Part shown: piece after piece, positions 39,601 through 51,865 of the stretch
How the letters are laid out: every line of letters starts with the position of its first letter
Position numbering within the stretch: position 1 is the first letter of the stretch
Made by a program: the position numbers and the translations under genes
Assembly: GCA_048013815.1 (NCBI GenBank)
Contig: CM106586.1
Coordinates: 20,522,001-20,586,000, forward strand
Length of the DNA stretch: 64,000 nucleotides
Direction: 5' to 3'
Source of the DNA: Setoptus koraiensis
Lineage: Eukaryota > Animalia > Arthropoda
Notes under the pieces: generated by a model
What the model saw: only the letters and a program-made list of their open reading frames with translations
Database searches by the model: none
What the model was told of the DNA's origin: nothing

Positions 39601-40590
39601 GGATCCGAGCGCGAGGCCGGCGACCCGACCAAATCGATCGTGTGGGCCGGCCGCGCCGATTGCGGCGATCGGGCTCGCTTAGCGTTCGGCTGGCGGGTTC
39701 GCGTGCGCCGACAGCTCGATCATCCGTGGTTGTTCTAGTTGGCACAACAACTAGAATAATTAACATTGGCAATTAACGATCGCGCTGCCATGGGACTCGT
39801 TGCTTGTTTGCCATTGGCATGAGTCAACCGGAGTCCTTGTGAGCGGCGAGTGTCGCCGGCCGCCGGTCACAAGTTGCGCGGAGGTGTCGAGCCGGCGCGG
39901 CCCGACATGGCCACTGTAGCCGCTGTTGAGCGGCCGTTGCGGGCCGCTCAGGCGATTGGCGTGCAAAGGCTGTGGCTGTGCGAGCTTGCAACTACGGGTA
40001 ATTTCATTAGGCGTTCGATGCAAAGACGCAGCGAACGACAACAAACAATCCCCACCACTGGTCAGTGGCGCTGCAGTGGAGCAGCCACTGGCCGTAGCGT
40101 CGCTCCGGCCAGCCCGCTGGCCAGCAATAGGTCGCGATAGGTGCGTCGGGCTTGTGTCCAGCGTCCAGTGGGCAGCGTATAATTATACACTGTTGCTCGG
40201 CTTACTAATTGAGGCTTACAATCATGGACACATACACAATTACTGCTCGCTAATGCTCGCCGGTACGCGATGGCACGCACGCACCGCTCGACAGGTAAGC
40301 TGACCAGTGCAGGCCAGGCCAGGCCGCCGGTCAGTCAGTCAGCGAGTCAGCTCCGGCTGCATGCGAGACAGACGGTCGGCGAGCCAGTGGCCAGTTTGTC
40401 GTGATGGGTCGCGTTGTTGCTGGTCGCCGACACAACTTGTGATCCAATTAGTGGCGCTGTTTGTTTGCATGCCGTCCGGTCTTGGCGAGCAGCAAAGAGC
40501 AAAGAGTTGCCCAATGATGCGGCGCGACATTGACAACTGCGACAATTGCGGGCGCCGGCAGCGGCCGCGCCGTGCGCTACCCGGCGGCCA

Positions 40591-40657
40591 GCCGGACTCG
40601 ATCTAGTCGGCCGGCCGGACTCGATCTAGTCGGCCGGCCGGACTCGGTCTGGTCGGC
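40591..40657. repeat. 23-nt tandem repeat (gccggactcgatctagtcggccg) x3
   Basis: Two perfect copies and one degenerate copy. Confidence 0.92.
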
Positions 40658-43600
40658 GGACGGGCGCTCAACAGCAAATTAAATTTCGACGCTAGTCCGT
40701 CGGCGGCGACAGCGGCCAACTTGACAGCTCTCGCTGGTCAGACCAGGAAGCTCGCGAGCTCCGCTGGACACCGCCGCACCAGTCAAAGTGGCCGGGCCGA
40801 CCCCGCTGGCAGCGGCCGAGCGGCCGGGCCTGGCGGCGCGGAGTGGCCGGCGCGTCCGAGTCGCGGAGTCGCGGAGTCGAGCCAAGTCGAGCCAAATCGA
40901 GCCAAATCGAGCCAGAATCGGACGAATGGAGGCAAAAAGTGACTGCGCTCCTCCCCGTTCTCGGCGTCACCCGGCCGCTCATGGCCGTCATCCTCACCTC
41001 CGATACCCATACATACGTATAATATAACACAATGCAAGCGAGCGAAATATTATCCGCTGGCCGGAGCCCTTCGACCACGGCAATTGTTGTTGTTGTTGTT
41101 GTTGTTGTTGCTCTCGCTCCGCTCGTTTGACAGCCCAAATTCTATATCAATTTTCGTGCCTGCCCCCCGTGCGGCCGCTCAGCGCCGCTGGCCCTGTCCG
41201 CTGGCTTCCCCCGGCGGCCTGTCTCCCGTTCTCGCTATTCTCATTCCTGCTGGCTGTTCTATTCACACACACTCAATTGGAGATTCGCAGATTCGCCGAT
41301 TCGGAGACTCGCAGATTCGGAGACTCGGAGAGGAATTGTCCGTGTTTGTGGAAGCCGTGAGTGCGAACAGACACACACTATTAACTATGCCCAAGATATA
41401 CAATCGTTGGCAGCGTCGCTGGCTCCTTGCACGGCAAACAAGCGCAGTGGCAGCAGCAGCAGCAGCGAACCGGCAGAATCGTGTTGATCGCTCTTCTCAT
41501 GCTGCTTCGAACGCCGCTTCGAACGCCGCTTCGAACGCCGCCTCGAATGCGAGTCGCTCGCGAGCCTTCTTCGCCATTATTCGCTATCGGGCTGCCAGCG
41601 AGCGGCGCAACTGCGATCGGGCTTCCAATTGAGCTCGTCCAATTGCCGCGGCCAGCGATCATTCCAGCCACGATGATTCCGCGGACGATGATGAAGAAGA
41701 GGAAGAAGATGACGACCGTCATCATCATCAATTTAAATTTTTTCCTCTCACTTCTCCTCGTCCACGCTCGCCGCTGCCACTTGGTCCACTTGGCGTTCGC
41801 ACGCACGCACCGACGGGCACCGACGGGCACACTGGCGCTGGCCGTGACGCACGCACACACGCACGGGCCCGGGGCGGGGGGCGGCCCGCGCCCGTTGCCC
41901 TCTGCTGCCCTCGTGCTGCCTGCCCGTCCCGTTCTGCCTGCTCGTCCCGTTCTGCCGTCCTGCCGGCTTGTCCTGTGGGCTCGACCCGGCGGCCCGACGG
42001 CCGGCCGGGCCACTCCCTGTCGCGGCCGCCCCTGAGCTCCGGGTCTCAGGCTGCAACCAGAGCGCGGCTTGCACGAGAGCGAGCGCCGCTCGGGCACCCG
42101 CCGGCCGGAGAGGCGCTCGCCGGAGCGACGGTCAGTGACTCGTTGCAGCGACCGATCAACAAGCCAGCGCGAGAAGCCGCAGCGAAAAGCGAGAACGCCG
42201 AGAAGAATGGGCGAGCAAGAATCATGTAAAAGAACAATTTACGATCATGTGGTTGTGAGCGTCGCTTATCATGATCATGATTTGCGCACCGGTATTAATG
42301 ATCGCACACACCGACAGGGCGAGAGCTTCTATTCTCTTCGTGGCTGCTCTGACAATCTCACAAGATTTTAGATTGTCAGACCAGAGATTGTCAGACCAGA
42401 GATTGTCAGACCGGCGACTCTCCCCGGCAGAGAGCGAGAGAAACGCGCACACCGGCGCGTATCCCGCTGATTGAACTTGTAGCTTGCGCTATGCACTTTC
42501 GGCCAATCGGTCGTGTATTCTCCTCTCCATCAAACGGGCTCTTTAAATAGACGATCGCCCCATGCACCGGTGCGCCGATCCCGTCTCGGCCGGCTCACCC
42601 GTCTCGGCCGGCTCATCCGTCTCGGCCAGCCCGTGCAATTCGTCCAACGACGGGCCGGCCGGCCCGTCGTCTCACCCACGGCGGTCTGGATGGGCCAGCC
42701 GACCTGGCCGGCCGCACAGCAGTTGTTTGCAGGGTCGGGCCCACTGGGCCGGGCTGTCGTTTGGTCAGACTCGGCCAGACCCGGCCAGACCCGGCCAGAC
42801 TGGAGGCAAGGGTGCAGACGCGGGCAGCTCCACTGACACAGATTGAAGAGACAGTAGCTGTTGGTGGTGCCGCCGCACGGGTCAGTCTCGCAAAATGGCT
42901 GGCCGGCGCCGGCCCGTTGGCTCTGGGCGCCCGGTGGTCAGTCGCTTCTTGTTCAGCGTCCGCGAGCCTGCCCGACTGAAGCTAATGGTGGGCTCGTGTG
43001 TGAGTTACTCACGCTAAGTGCCGTGGCGAGCCGGCGCGCACGAGCCGACGGGTGGGCGCCGGCAAGCGAGTGGGCCGCCGTCCGCTCGTTTGCGGCACCC
43101 GCGACCATCACTGGACTGCAGTGACTGGAGGCTCGAAGCCTTTGGGCCCAGTGCGCAACGTGCCGAGCGCCTCAAACGGTGGCCCTAGTCCGCTCGCAAT
43201 GCCGCCGATGATTGCAGTGTTAGCGAGCGCCGCATCTTATCGGATTCGGTCGGATCAAGCGGGCCGCGCGAGCAAACGCATGTACCCAAGAGTCCACTGG
43301 CCAGTTGGGCCGGACCGTGGCCGGTAGGGCCGGACTGCGGCCAGTCTGGCCGGACCGGTCGGCCTCGAAACAGTGATTTGCAATGATTTCATTGATGCTA
43401 CATGTACAGTTTGCAGCGCGCACACACACACACACGCTCTGGGAATGGCGGAGAGGGGGCTGTCTATTCTCGTGGCCGAACGCTGTCTATAATTCTCTCA
43501 ACACTGCCCAATGCGATTCTTCTCTTGCCTGCCAATTGTGCCAGTTCGGCCAGTTTGGCCAGTTGTGCCGATTCTGCCAATTCTGCCAATTGCGAGTTTG

Positions 43601-44941
43601 CCAATTCTGAGTTTGCCAGTTCGCAAATAGACGCAAACACAGCACAGCGCGCAGCGAACGAGCCCGTCAGACTCTGACGGTCAGAGATGACAGACAGGCT
43701 TGCAGCGGCAGCCACAGCGCCAGCGAAGCCATTATAAAGGCTCTTGGCGAATTCTCTTCTCTATTCGAATTTCGAATACGTACACATAAGCTGCTGGCCG
43801 TTCGCTGGCTCGTTCGCTGGCCGTTCGCTGGCCGTTCGCTGGCTCGTTCGCTGGCGCATAGCTAAATGTGTTTGCACGCCACACTGAGCCAACTGGCGGC
43901 CACTGGACACTGGCCACTGCCACTTACTTACACAGTCCGGCGCTGAGAATTAAAGAGACACACACAAAAAGAACGTGAGCACGAGCTTCGGCCAGATTGA
44001 GCCACAAAGAATTCTCGCCCTCTCTCTCTCTCTCGCTCGTTCTCTCTGTTTGAGCGTCACGTAGCCGGTCAGGCTCGTCACCCGTTTGCAAGCTAATTTC
44101 TTCGCTCGCTCGTTTGTTGGTCAGTCAGCGTTTTTTCTCTCTCTCTCGCTCAACATCGGCCAAACATGCAAACGCTCATTTGCAAGCCCGACGGGCTGCA
44201 TGGGGGAGAGCCCAGTGAGCCAGTGAGCCTGAGCGGAGCGGCGCTTCAATATCGCGTAGCGTCGTCGCAACGCGATTATCGCCATCGCTCACTTATTATT
44301 ATTATTGTTATCATCATCATTATCCGCAAGTATTCCAGCGAAAAACAGAAAGAGGAAAGCAGCCCGGCCAGCCAGCCAGCCACAGGCAGTAAATTGGCGG
44401 CGCTGGCCATGGATAAACCCATAAACTTGGTGCTCGCGAGCGGCCATGCAAATGGCACTCGCGCTAGACGCCAACGGAGCTGGCGCAGCTCCGTTGCGAG
44501 CCGGCCGCTCGCCCGACTCGCCGCCGCCTGCCCGATTTGCCGCATCTCGGCCGGCTGGCCGCCAGTCAGACTGGCCAGTGGCGTCGGGCCGGCCAGGCGC
44601 GCCCGTCAGCCAGTGTGACAGTTAGCGGCCAGATTGGCGAGAGATGCCAGCGCCAGTCGCAACATCGTGCAGCCAGTGCAGCTCGTTAGCCGCCGATCTG
44701 ACGGGCCGGCGCCGCTGCAGCGATGCCCGCTGACCAGCCGCTTCCGGCCGTGACTGCGGCCCGCGTGCGGCCGGGAAGACTGGCTGGCAAGCAGCTCGCG
44801 ACGGTATTGACCGCATACATACACAGACCGTCGGTCGGTCGGTGGCACGGGCTGACAGGCCAGCGCTACACGAGCCTCGCACGAGCTTCACAGTGCCGGC
44901 GGCGAGCGAGCTTCGAGTTGTGTCGCCAGGGTGCCTCCTCA

Positions 44942-44989
44942 ATTGGGCACGATTGGGCACGGGCCCGATCGTGCCCAATCGTGCCCAAT
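44942..44989. repeat. Perfect 20-bp hairpin formed by inversion of a 10-nt tandem repeat
   Basis: attgggcacgattgggcacg-ggcccgat-cgtgcccaatcgtgcccaat. Confidence 0.95.
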
Positions 44990-46437
44990 CGAGCCCAATC
45001 GAGCCCGTTCGTGCCCGTTCGTGCTTGTTGCGGGCCCGGAGGCGGCGCTCGACGCGGGCCCCGCAACGGACGCGGCCCGAGCAGCGGCCGTTGGCTGGCC
45101 AGTGGGCAGCGGCCACTTGCACGAGCACGCACACATTCAGCAAACATATCTAACGTATGTATGTAAATACGACAATGATATCACTTCGCTCTGTGGCCAA
45201 CTTTGCCAAATTGTGTGTCGCCGTGTGTGCGATGATTGGCAAATAGCGAGTGGTCATCGGCACACACTGGCCAGCAGCGTCCAGTTGAGTGTGATGTGTT
45301 TGCTCAAATTGTTTAATGTGTCTCTTGCTTGGCCGGCTCGCAGCTCCGCTGTCAGCTGAGCCGGACGGGCCAGCTCGACAATTGGGTTTTGTTGAGTTTC
45401 GTTGAGTTGTGCTCACAACTGTGTTCGGTCGCGTTCGGTTTTGTCGAGTTTGGGTTGGCCCGCTTGTCCGGCGGCAAGCGGCAGGTTGCTCACCTGGCCG
45501 CCGGTCGGCCGGCAAGCTGCGCCAAGCCAGCGACTTGTCCGCTGTGTTTGGCCAGTGTGACCAGTGTGCCCGGTGCGACCGGTCGGCCGGGCCGGCGCAT
45601 TTGGCGTGCGGTGCGCCGGCCAAATGCGGCCACTGGGCTGTTGTTTTTTGGCAGTTGAACGGGTCGCAGCGCTAGTTAGCATGTTGTTGCCGTCGCTGTT
45701 GCTGTCGCTGTTGTTGTTGCTGGCCAAACAAAAGAATATGGCCACGCTCAAGATGATTTTGTCCAACTTGTCTAACTATTCTCACTTGTCCATTGGCCGG
45801 CCGGCCGGCCGCTCTAACGACGCACTCGACGACGCCGACGGGCCGGCCGGCCGCTGTGTGCAGCCATCAATTTGAATAACGACGCTGAGGCCGGTTGCAC
45901 GGGTGGCGCTGTGTCAGCCGCTCGCCACTTGCACTTGGCAGGCGTCTCACTCGGGTCGCGGCCGGCCCGTTGCCGTCGCTGCTGCTGCCGTCGCTGTCGG
46001 TGTTGCTGTCGGTGGTGCCGTTGCGCTGGACACCGCGGCGACGGGCTCACTGTGTGCAGCTTATCCCGACTGCGTCGCGCTAAATGACGCCGGCCGACCG
46101 AACGGCAACGACACCGCCGGCAACCATGTCAGCGGCAGCGGCCAGCGTCCAGGGGGCGCCTCTGCCGGGCATCGCGCCGCTGCCCGTCACTCGCTGACAG
46201 ATTGGCAGCAACACGAGCACTAATTTCCACGCAACCAGCTGATGGGCGTCTGAGGCTGGTCTAGCCAGTGGCCGCTAACGCCCGCCGGCCAGCGGGCAGC
46301 GCACAATGGCCGGCAACACGACATTGGCCAACAATGGCTCGCTGAGAACTGCCGCTCGGCCACAGGTTGGCCAGTAGTTGGCACAGGTGACAGTCGATCC
46401 ATCAAGCCAGCGTGATTACAGTGTGTCTTGTTGCCTT

Positions 46438-46440
46438 TGT

Positions 46441-46481
<41 letters not shown>

Positions 46482-46527
46482 TTGTTGTTGCTGTTGCTGC
46501 TGTTGTTGCTGCTGTTGCTGCTGTTGC
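46438..46527. repeat. (CTG/TTG)n triplet tract, ~30 units
   Basis: Direct reading. Confidence 0.92.
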
Positions 46528-47784
46528 TCGGCCGGTGCCGGCGCTGGCTGCGGCAGGTTGCAAGTTGCCACTCGCTGCAACTTGCTGCAACACTCATGCA
46601 CCGTGTCTCTCTCACAGACATAATTAAGGTGGCTTCCAATTAATCTCACCGTTGCCGCCGCCGCGCCGTTGTGCCACTCACCTGCCGCAACATCGTCTCT
46701 CGTTCCCATGCAATTGCTGCCCATACCCATGCCTTATATCTGTATATCCAAATATACACACTGTGTAGTGCCCGTTGAGCTGCCAATGCCAGGCCGGGCC
46801 GCCACCGGTAGCCCGTTGGCCAGTTGTGGCAAGTGGCAATAGGCAATAGGCCGCTGGGGCCACTTTACAGTTAGCTGACCGTCAGCTGACCGGCTCTAAA
46901 CTAATCAGCTGGCCAGCGACCACTTGACAGTGGGCAAACCCGCGCCGGCCGTCACCAGAGGCGACTGCCGGCCATGCACACATAACAATCGGCAGACATT
47001 TAAAGGGATGCTGGCTCGGTTGTTGGCTCGGTTGTTGTCGCTGCCGCAACAACCACGCCAACTGCAACCACCGCGGCTCGCCTATGCACTCCATATATGC
47101 AGCGCATAGCCACAGTGTGGAGCTGGCCGGCCGGCCGTGCAATCGTACAGGAGGGAAGGTCATTAAATGATTTGTTTGCTGTTGTTGGAGCGGTGGTTGC
47201 AGTTGCAGTTGCAGTTGCAGTTGTAGTCGCAGTCGCAGTCGCTGTTGCCGTTGCCGTTGCTGTTGCCGTTGGTGCTGGCACTGCTGGCGCTGCGGAGCGC
47301 ACGTTGCGTGTATCATCATTATCATGCAAGAATTCAGATATATATAACACATATGATATATAAAATAGAAATAAAACTACTAAAATAAAATAAAACTTGT
47401 ACTTGTGTGTCTCTCTGTGTGTATCGTCGCTGTTGCTGCTGCAACTTGTAGACAGTGCAAGTGTATAATTTGTCAGTGATTGTTTGTTACACTTCAAAAC
47501 AATCGCAGAGCAGCTAACACAAGTCAAGAGTCTCTCTCAGAGCTCGATCTCGCTCTCTCTCTCTCTCTCTCATCGCAAACACACACAATCAGCATATATT
47601 GTGTAGTTTATGTATATGATAAAGAGACAAACAGACAGACAGACGGACACAAAGTGAGAGACTGGAAACAGAGATATCATCGTTATATTATTAGTTATTA
47701 TATTATTATTGTTATTATTGTAATTATTATCATTAAAGTTATCATTTGGAGCAGCTTATGATAAATATAATGGCAACGCACAGC

Positions 47785-48942
47785 CTAGCTAAATTCTTGT
47801 AGGAGAAAATCTAGGTCGTCTAGGTCTTCAAAGAAGTCATCAAACATTGGGGGTGACGGGGATGGTGTCGGCGGTGCAGAAATGTGATGTATATCTGTCG
47901 CATCGTGCATTTGAAGCTGGTTAAGATTTATGTTGGTGGCGTGGGTTTCTGTTATTGGTGATGGCGTTGCAGATATGTGCTGTATATCTGTTGCATCGTG
48001 CATTTGAAGCTGGTTAAGATTTATGTTGGTGGCGTGGGTCTCTGTTATTGGTGATGTGATCGTTTCAGATATTTGCTGGATATCTGATGCATCGTGGTGC
48101 TGCTGCTGCATCTGTTGTTGCTGTTGTTGATGCTGTTGTTGTAGCTGGTTATTGATATTTATCATATTATTGGTGGTCTTTGTTAATGTTGTTGATGTTG
48201 CTGTTGATATTATTGGTGATGGCGACTGTTGCGTTTGCATTTGCGACTGATTCGTAGTAGCCAGCTGCTGCTGCTGCTGCGGCTGCTGATTCGGGTTGCA
48301 TAAGGCCGCTGAGGAGCCAGTGCGCTTAGGCTTTTTCCTGGGTCTGTATTTGTAATCTGGATGCTCTTTAAGATGTTGCAAGCGCAATTTTTCCGCCGCA
48401 TCCACGAATGGTTGCCTCTCTTCGTGGCTCATTGTCTTCCACTGTCTTCCCAGCCTCTTGCTAATTTCGGCATTGTGTATGTCAGGTTGTTCTAGGCATA
48501 TCTTTTTCCTCTGTATCTGGCTCCAAACCATGAAAGAGTTCATGGGTCTCTTAACGTGTTGCTGTTGACTTCTCTTGTTGCTAGTAACAGTGTTGTTGTT
48601 GTTATTTAGGTTGCTGGTGGCGCTGCCGTTGTAGCCGGTACTGATAATATTGTTGTTGATAATATTGTTGCTGTTGATGATATTGTTGTTGTTGTTGTTG
48701 CTGGTGTTGCTGCTGAATGAGAAGGACGTCGGCAAATTGGATGTTGAAGTAGTTGATGAGGAATAATTTGATATTAATGAGAATGAAGTCATTGATGATG
48801 ATGATGTGGTAGACGATGATGAACATAAAAATGGCTCGAACTTTAGCGAGCCAAATGAGCCAATGCGAGTGGTGGGATTCAGCGTGGCCGAGGCGAGCGT
48901 TGCGCCGGGCTCTCGCGTTAACTGTGAGGGCCTCACTGACAT
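47785..48942 (-). CDS. SoxC: SoxC-group HMG-box transcription factor (Sox4/11/12, Drosophila Sox14-like), intronless, 385 aa
   Basis: HMG box [41 protein letters not shown]...[24 protein letters not shown]. The WSQI..RKI...[12 protein letters not shown] signature is typical of group C. Flanked by S/N/Q-rich tracts. Confidence 0.93.
   Translation of the reverse strand: MSVRPSQLTREPGATLASATLNPTTRIGSFGSLKFEPFLCSSSSTTSSSSMTSFSLISNYSSSTTSTSNLPTSFSFSSNTSNNNNNNIINSNNIINNNIISTGYNGSATSNLNNNNNTVTSNKRSQQQHVKRPMNSFMVWSQIQRKKICLEQPDIHNAEISKRLGRQWKTMSHEERQPFVDAAEKLRLQHLKEHPDYKYRPRKKPKRTGSSAALCNPNQQPQQQQQLATTNQSQMQTQQSPSPIISTATSTTLTKTTNNMININNQLQQQHQQQQQQMQQQHHDASDIQQISETITSPITETHATNINLNQLQMHDATDIQHISATPSPITETHATNINLNQLQMHDATDIHHISAPPTPSPSPPMFDDFFEDLDDLDFLLQEFS
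47875..48096 (-). repeat. In-frame 93-96-bp tandem duplication (~2.4 copies) in the SoxC C-terminus
   Basis: gcatcgtg anchors at 47900, 47993 and 48089. Encodes [31 protein letters not shown] repeats. Confidence 0.95.
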
Positions 48943-50119
48943 GTTGCTGTGTGTGTAAGTGGTTGCAGTTTGCGCTCGTGTGTTGCCTAAAAACAGCTTG
49001 GCGAATTGTGTTTGTTGTTGTTGTTGTTGTTGTTGTTGTGGTTGCTAATATAAATATGCAAATTTGTGTGTTGTTAGTGGGGGATATTCGTTGGCTCGTT
49101 TGCAATTTCGATTACGATCGCGGTCTGGTCGCGGTTTGCGTCTAGTTGCGTCCGATCGCAAGCAAATCTATGTGCACACTGAGAGACGAAAATTCGGCAA
49201 CTGGTCGGCGGCGGCGGCCGCATAGACAGCAGACTCTAGTTACACTACAATCTTGTTACTAGAGCCTGGTATGGCTCACATCACGACGCTGTGAGCGGAC
49301 TTAGCGTTCGACTCAATAGAACGAGTCAGCGAATGTGCGCAACGCTCGAGTTGCCAGGCCGCCCTTTGCGCATGCATACATTCGCTGCTGTGTGGGTACT
49401 TTTAGCGCACGTTTTAGTTGTATTTTAGTTGTACACATTTTGGTTGTATAGCTGCGCATACAGTATGCACACATGTACTTTGTGAGTTTTTTCCAATCGA
49501 CTTTCCGGTCGCTCTCTCTCTCGTCCGCCAGGGGCTCCCGACTCAGGAGTGCAGAGTGCAGAGTGAGCCTGCATCTATACGACTTCTCCATACAACTTAC
49601 TGGCATTGCCGTGTCTGCAAAACTTGTATCTGCGTAACGATCTGTTTATTTTGATTCCTTTCGCGGCGTGCTGCCACTCGTGAGCCGTACGTGTGTTACT
49701 GGAGTCCAGTAACTGGACGCGAGGTGGCGCATCGGCTGCTCGTATGCACATTTAATATGTTGTCAGCAGAGTATTTGTTGATCCTGCAGATATAAGATCA
49801 CTCCGCAAGATCAACAGCAGCGCCAGCACACACTGTACGTATGATGAAACGCACTTTGAGTCGCAACTTACGCAGACTCTCGCAAACACACACACACACT
49901 CACAGAACCTTGCCTGGCATGTCTGTCTGTGCGTGTGTCGCTCCTCAACGCCCGCCGAGCCGCGCCAGTGCGTCTGCGCGTCTGTCCAAGTTCGCCAGTA
50001 TAGTGCGTGCCTGCCTGCCTGCCTGACTGACTGGCTGCTCGCCAGTTTGTTCGCGCCGCACATAGCACTGCTGCTGTGATAGCACTGCTATAGCACACTG
50101 CAGTAGTGGCCTGCGAGCA

Positions 50120-50207
50120 GAACGTAGGCTAGTGCAGAATTATAGCAACAGCTCTATTGCTGGATGCAGGCACGCACTGTGTTTGCTGTTTGAATTTATA
50201 CTCACTC

Positions 50208-50254
<47 letters not shown>

Positions 50255-50471
50255 CACACTCACACACACACACACACTCACACACACACACAAATCAAAT
50301 TTCTAGCAGCCGACGAAATCCAAGCGAAAACCAATGTCTCGGCATTGTTCATCGTAGCGGACACCAAGAGGAAATATTAAGATCGTAGATTTATTATTAG
50401 TATCAGCATCATTATTACTATTGTCACTATTATACACTAATAATTATAATATCAACCATATTATTATTCTA
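50120..50471 (+). repeat. Dispersed leader element, copy 1 (upstream of NOP9)
   Basis: Collinear blocks shared with 55301-55545: tgcag.cacgcac.gtgtttgct; caaatc.aat.tcta.cagccgacgaaatccaag; ggacaccaagag.aaatatta; actattgtcactattataca; atattattattcta. Confidence 0.9.
50212..50292. repeat. Interrupted (CA)n microsatellite inside leader copy 1
   Basis: Direct reading; copy 2 has only a short CA-like segment at this position. Confidence 0.95.
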
Positions 50472-50500
50472 CACCACACACAAACTCTATTGCTCCGGTA

Positions 50501-51865
50501 ATGTCATCGCCGACACATGGAGAGCCTCGCTTGGGCCGGGCCCACACAGCTAAAATGGAGCTCGCCATTGAACGCATGGACGACCTCCTTGGCGAACAAG
50601 GTGGATCACAGGAGCTCATCACCATTCTAGAGACGTTTGGTGGTATTAAAGTTGGCAGAAATTGGTCTAGAAAAACAATGGGATTTGGCATGAAATCTAG
50701 CATTAATCATGAAATTGAAAAAGATATCGTTATCAAAGATTTGCCTGGCGCCTACAGGCGTCTATTGAGAAAATTCACAGAAAAACTTGTTTTGAATCGC
50801 AGTAATTCAAATCTAAAAGATTTAATGCTTGGACGTGGGACGTCTATCATACAGCATCTATTGTTTGTGCTTAAGGTGCGCTCAACAGAATTGTGCGATG
50901 ACGTTGTCAAAAAATCAATTTCTATTATATTTGGAGACGAAGAAACAAGAAAATCAATTATAACTAATTCGATTAGCGCTTATCTAGTTGAGACAATAAT
51001 ATTAGTAGCATCAAAGAAAGGACTAGACAGAATATGGTCTAAATATTTGAAGGGCAATCTTAAAGATATGTGGCGTGACGACATAGCAAATTTTGTTGTA
51101 CAACGTTTAGTAGATGCGGCACAATCAGAGGAATTGTATACTGAGATTTGCAAGGAACTTTTACCAAATCTTGAAATCATATTCAGTCTCAATAGACCAG
51201 GCATTGGCGTTTGCCTATCTAAGGCATGCCAAAAATTTGAGAAGTCACAACCCGATTTCATCAAAGCTCTTATGAGTGCGTTCCATTGTGACAGCAAGGA
51301 CAGTCAAATAGATCTAGTGCCCCTTATGCTGTTCTCTTACCAACAACGTAAGCATGATATATGGCTGCATGGTTCGCTCATGTTGCAGTACATATTCGGC
51401 TACAAGGACACTTATAAAATATCGAAAAGCCTGCTGTCTTTGGGAGTCTATGAGCTGGTAGTGGTTGCTAACGACAAGAGCGGTAGCCATGTCATTGATT
51501 CATTCCTACAATCACCTACTGTGGAGAAGCGTCACCAAACTCAATTTCTCGAAAAATTGAAGGGAAGCTACATCCATTTGGTTCATGATCGCTTTGGTTC
51601 TAGAATTGTTGACTACTTGATGAGTAATGCTGCCCCGAAAATTAAGGATATGATCATGGAGGAGCTGGCCTCGAAAAACTCGCAATTGTACCAATCGGAG
51701 AATGGATCATACGTTGCACGAAGAAACGGCGTTTATCATTTCAAGAATCGTCCCAACGACTGGCGCCGTACCGAAGACTTAAAGCGCCGCCGTGATGATG
51801 ACTATGGGAACGATTTTAGATCAAGACCAAATAAGAGATCATTTCATGACTCAAGACAATTTTAG
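50501..51865 (+). CDS. NOP9: Nucleolar protein 9 (PUF/Pumilio-repeat 18S rRNA maturation factor), intronless, apparently short at the N-terminus (454 aa)
   Basis: PUF-like repeats with Nop9-type motifs: D.IANFVVQRLV, HGSLMLQYIF, ANDKSGSHVIDSFL, LVHDRFGSRIVDYL, IMEELA...L..SENGSYV, basic tail. Confidence 0.88.
   Translation: MSSPTHGEPRLGRAHTAKMELAIERMDDLLGEQGGSQELITILETFGGIKVGRNWSRKTMGFGMKSSINHEIEKDIVIKDLPGAYRRLLRKFTEKLVLNRSNSNLKDLMLGRGTSIIQHLLFVLKVRSTELCDDVVKKSISIIFGDEETRKSIITNSISAYLVETIILVASKKGLDRIWSKYLKGNLKDMWRDDIANFVVQRLVDAAQSEELYTEICKELLPNLEIIFSLNRPGIGVCLSKACQKFEKSQPDFIKALMSAFHCDSKDSQIDLVPLMLFSYQQRKHDIWLHGSLMLQYIFGYKDTYKISKSLLSLGVYELVVVANDKSGSHVIDSFLQSPTVEKRHQTQFLEKLKGSYIHLVHDRFGSRIVDYLMSNAAPKIKDMIMEELASKNSQLYQSENGSYVARRNGVYHFKNRPNDWRRTEDLKRRRDDDYGNDFRSRPNKRSFHDSRQF

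Noticed and set aside
21009-46730. Long ORF-track ORFs in the GC-rich block (e.g. 21009..21770, 29840..30481, 31995..32666, 37078..37776, 41381..42097)
   Set aside because: R/A/P/G-rich translations typical of GC-rich non-coding DNA, often open on both strands and in several frames, many with GTG/TTG starts, and no domains.
46678-46735. 58-nt minus-strand segment flanked by CAG| and |GTGAGT
   Set aside because: Weak pyrimidine tract, length not a multiple of 3, and no recognisable peptide; cannot be supported without reads.
50132-50380. 82-aa ORF sharing QIKFLAADEIQ / QIEYLTADEIQ with the second leader copy
   Set aside because: GTG start, built largely from the CA repeat; the differences between copies in that block are all non-synonymous and indels break the frame.
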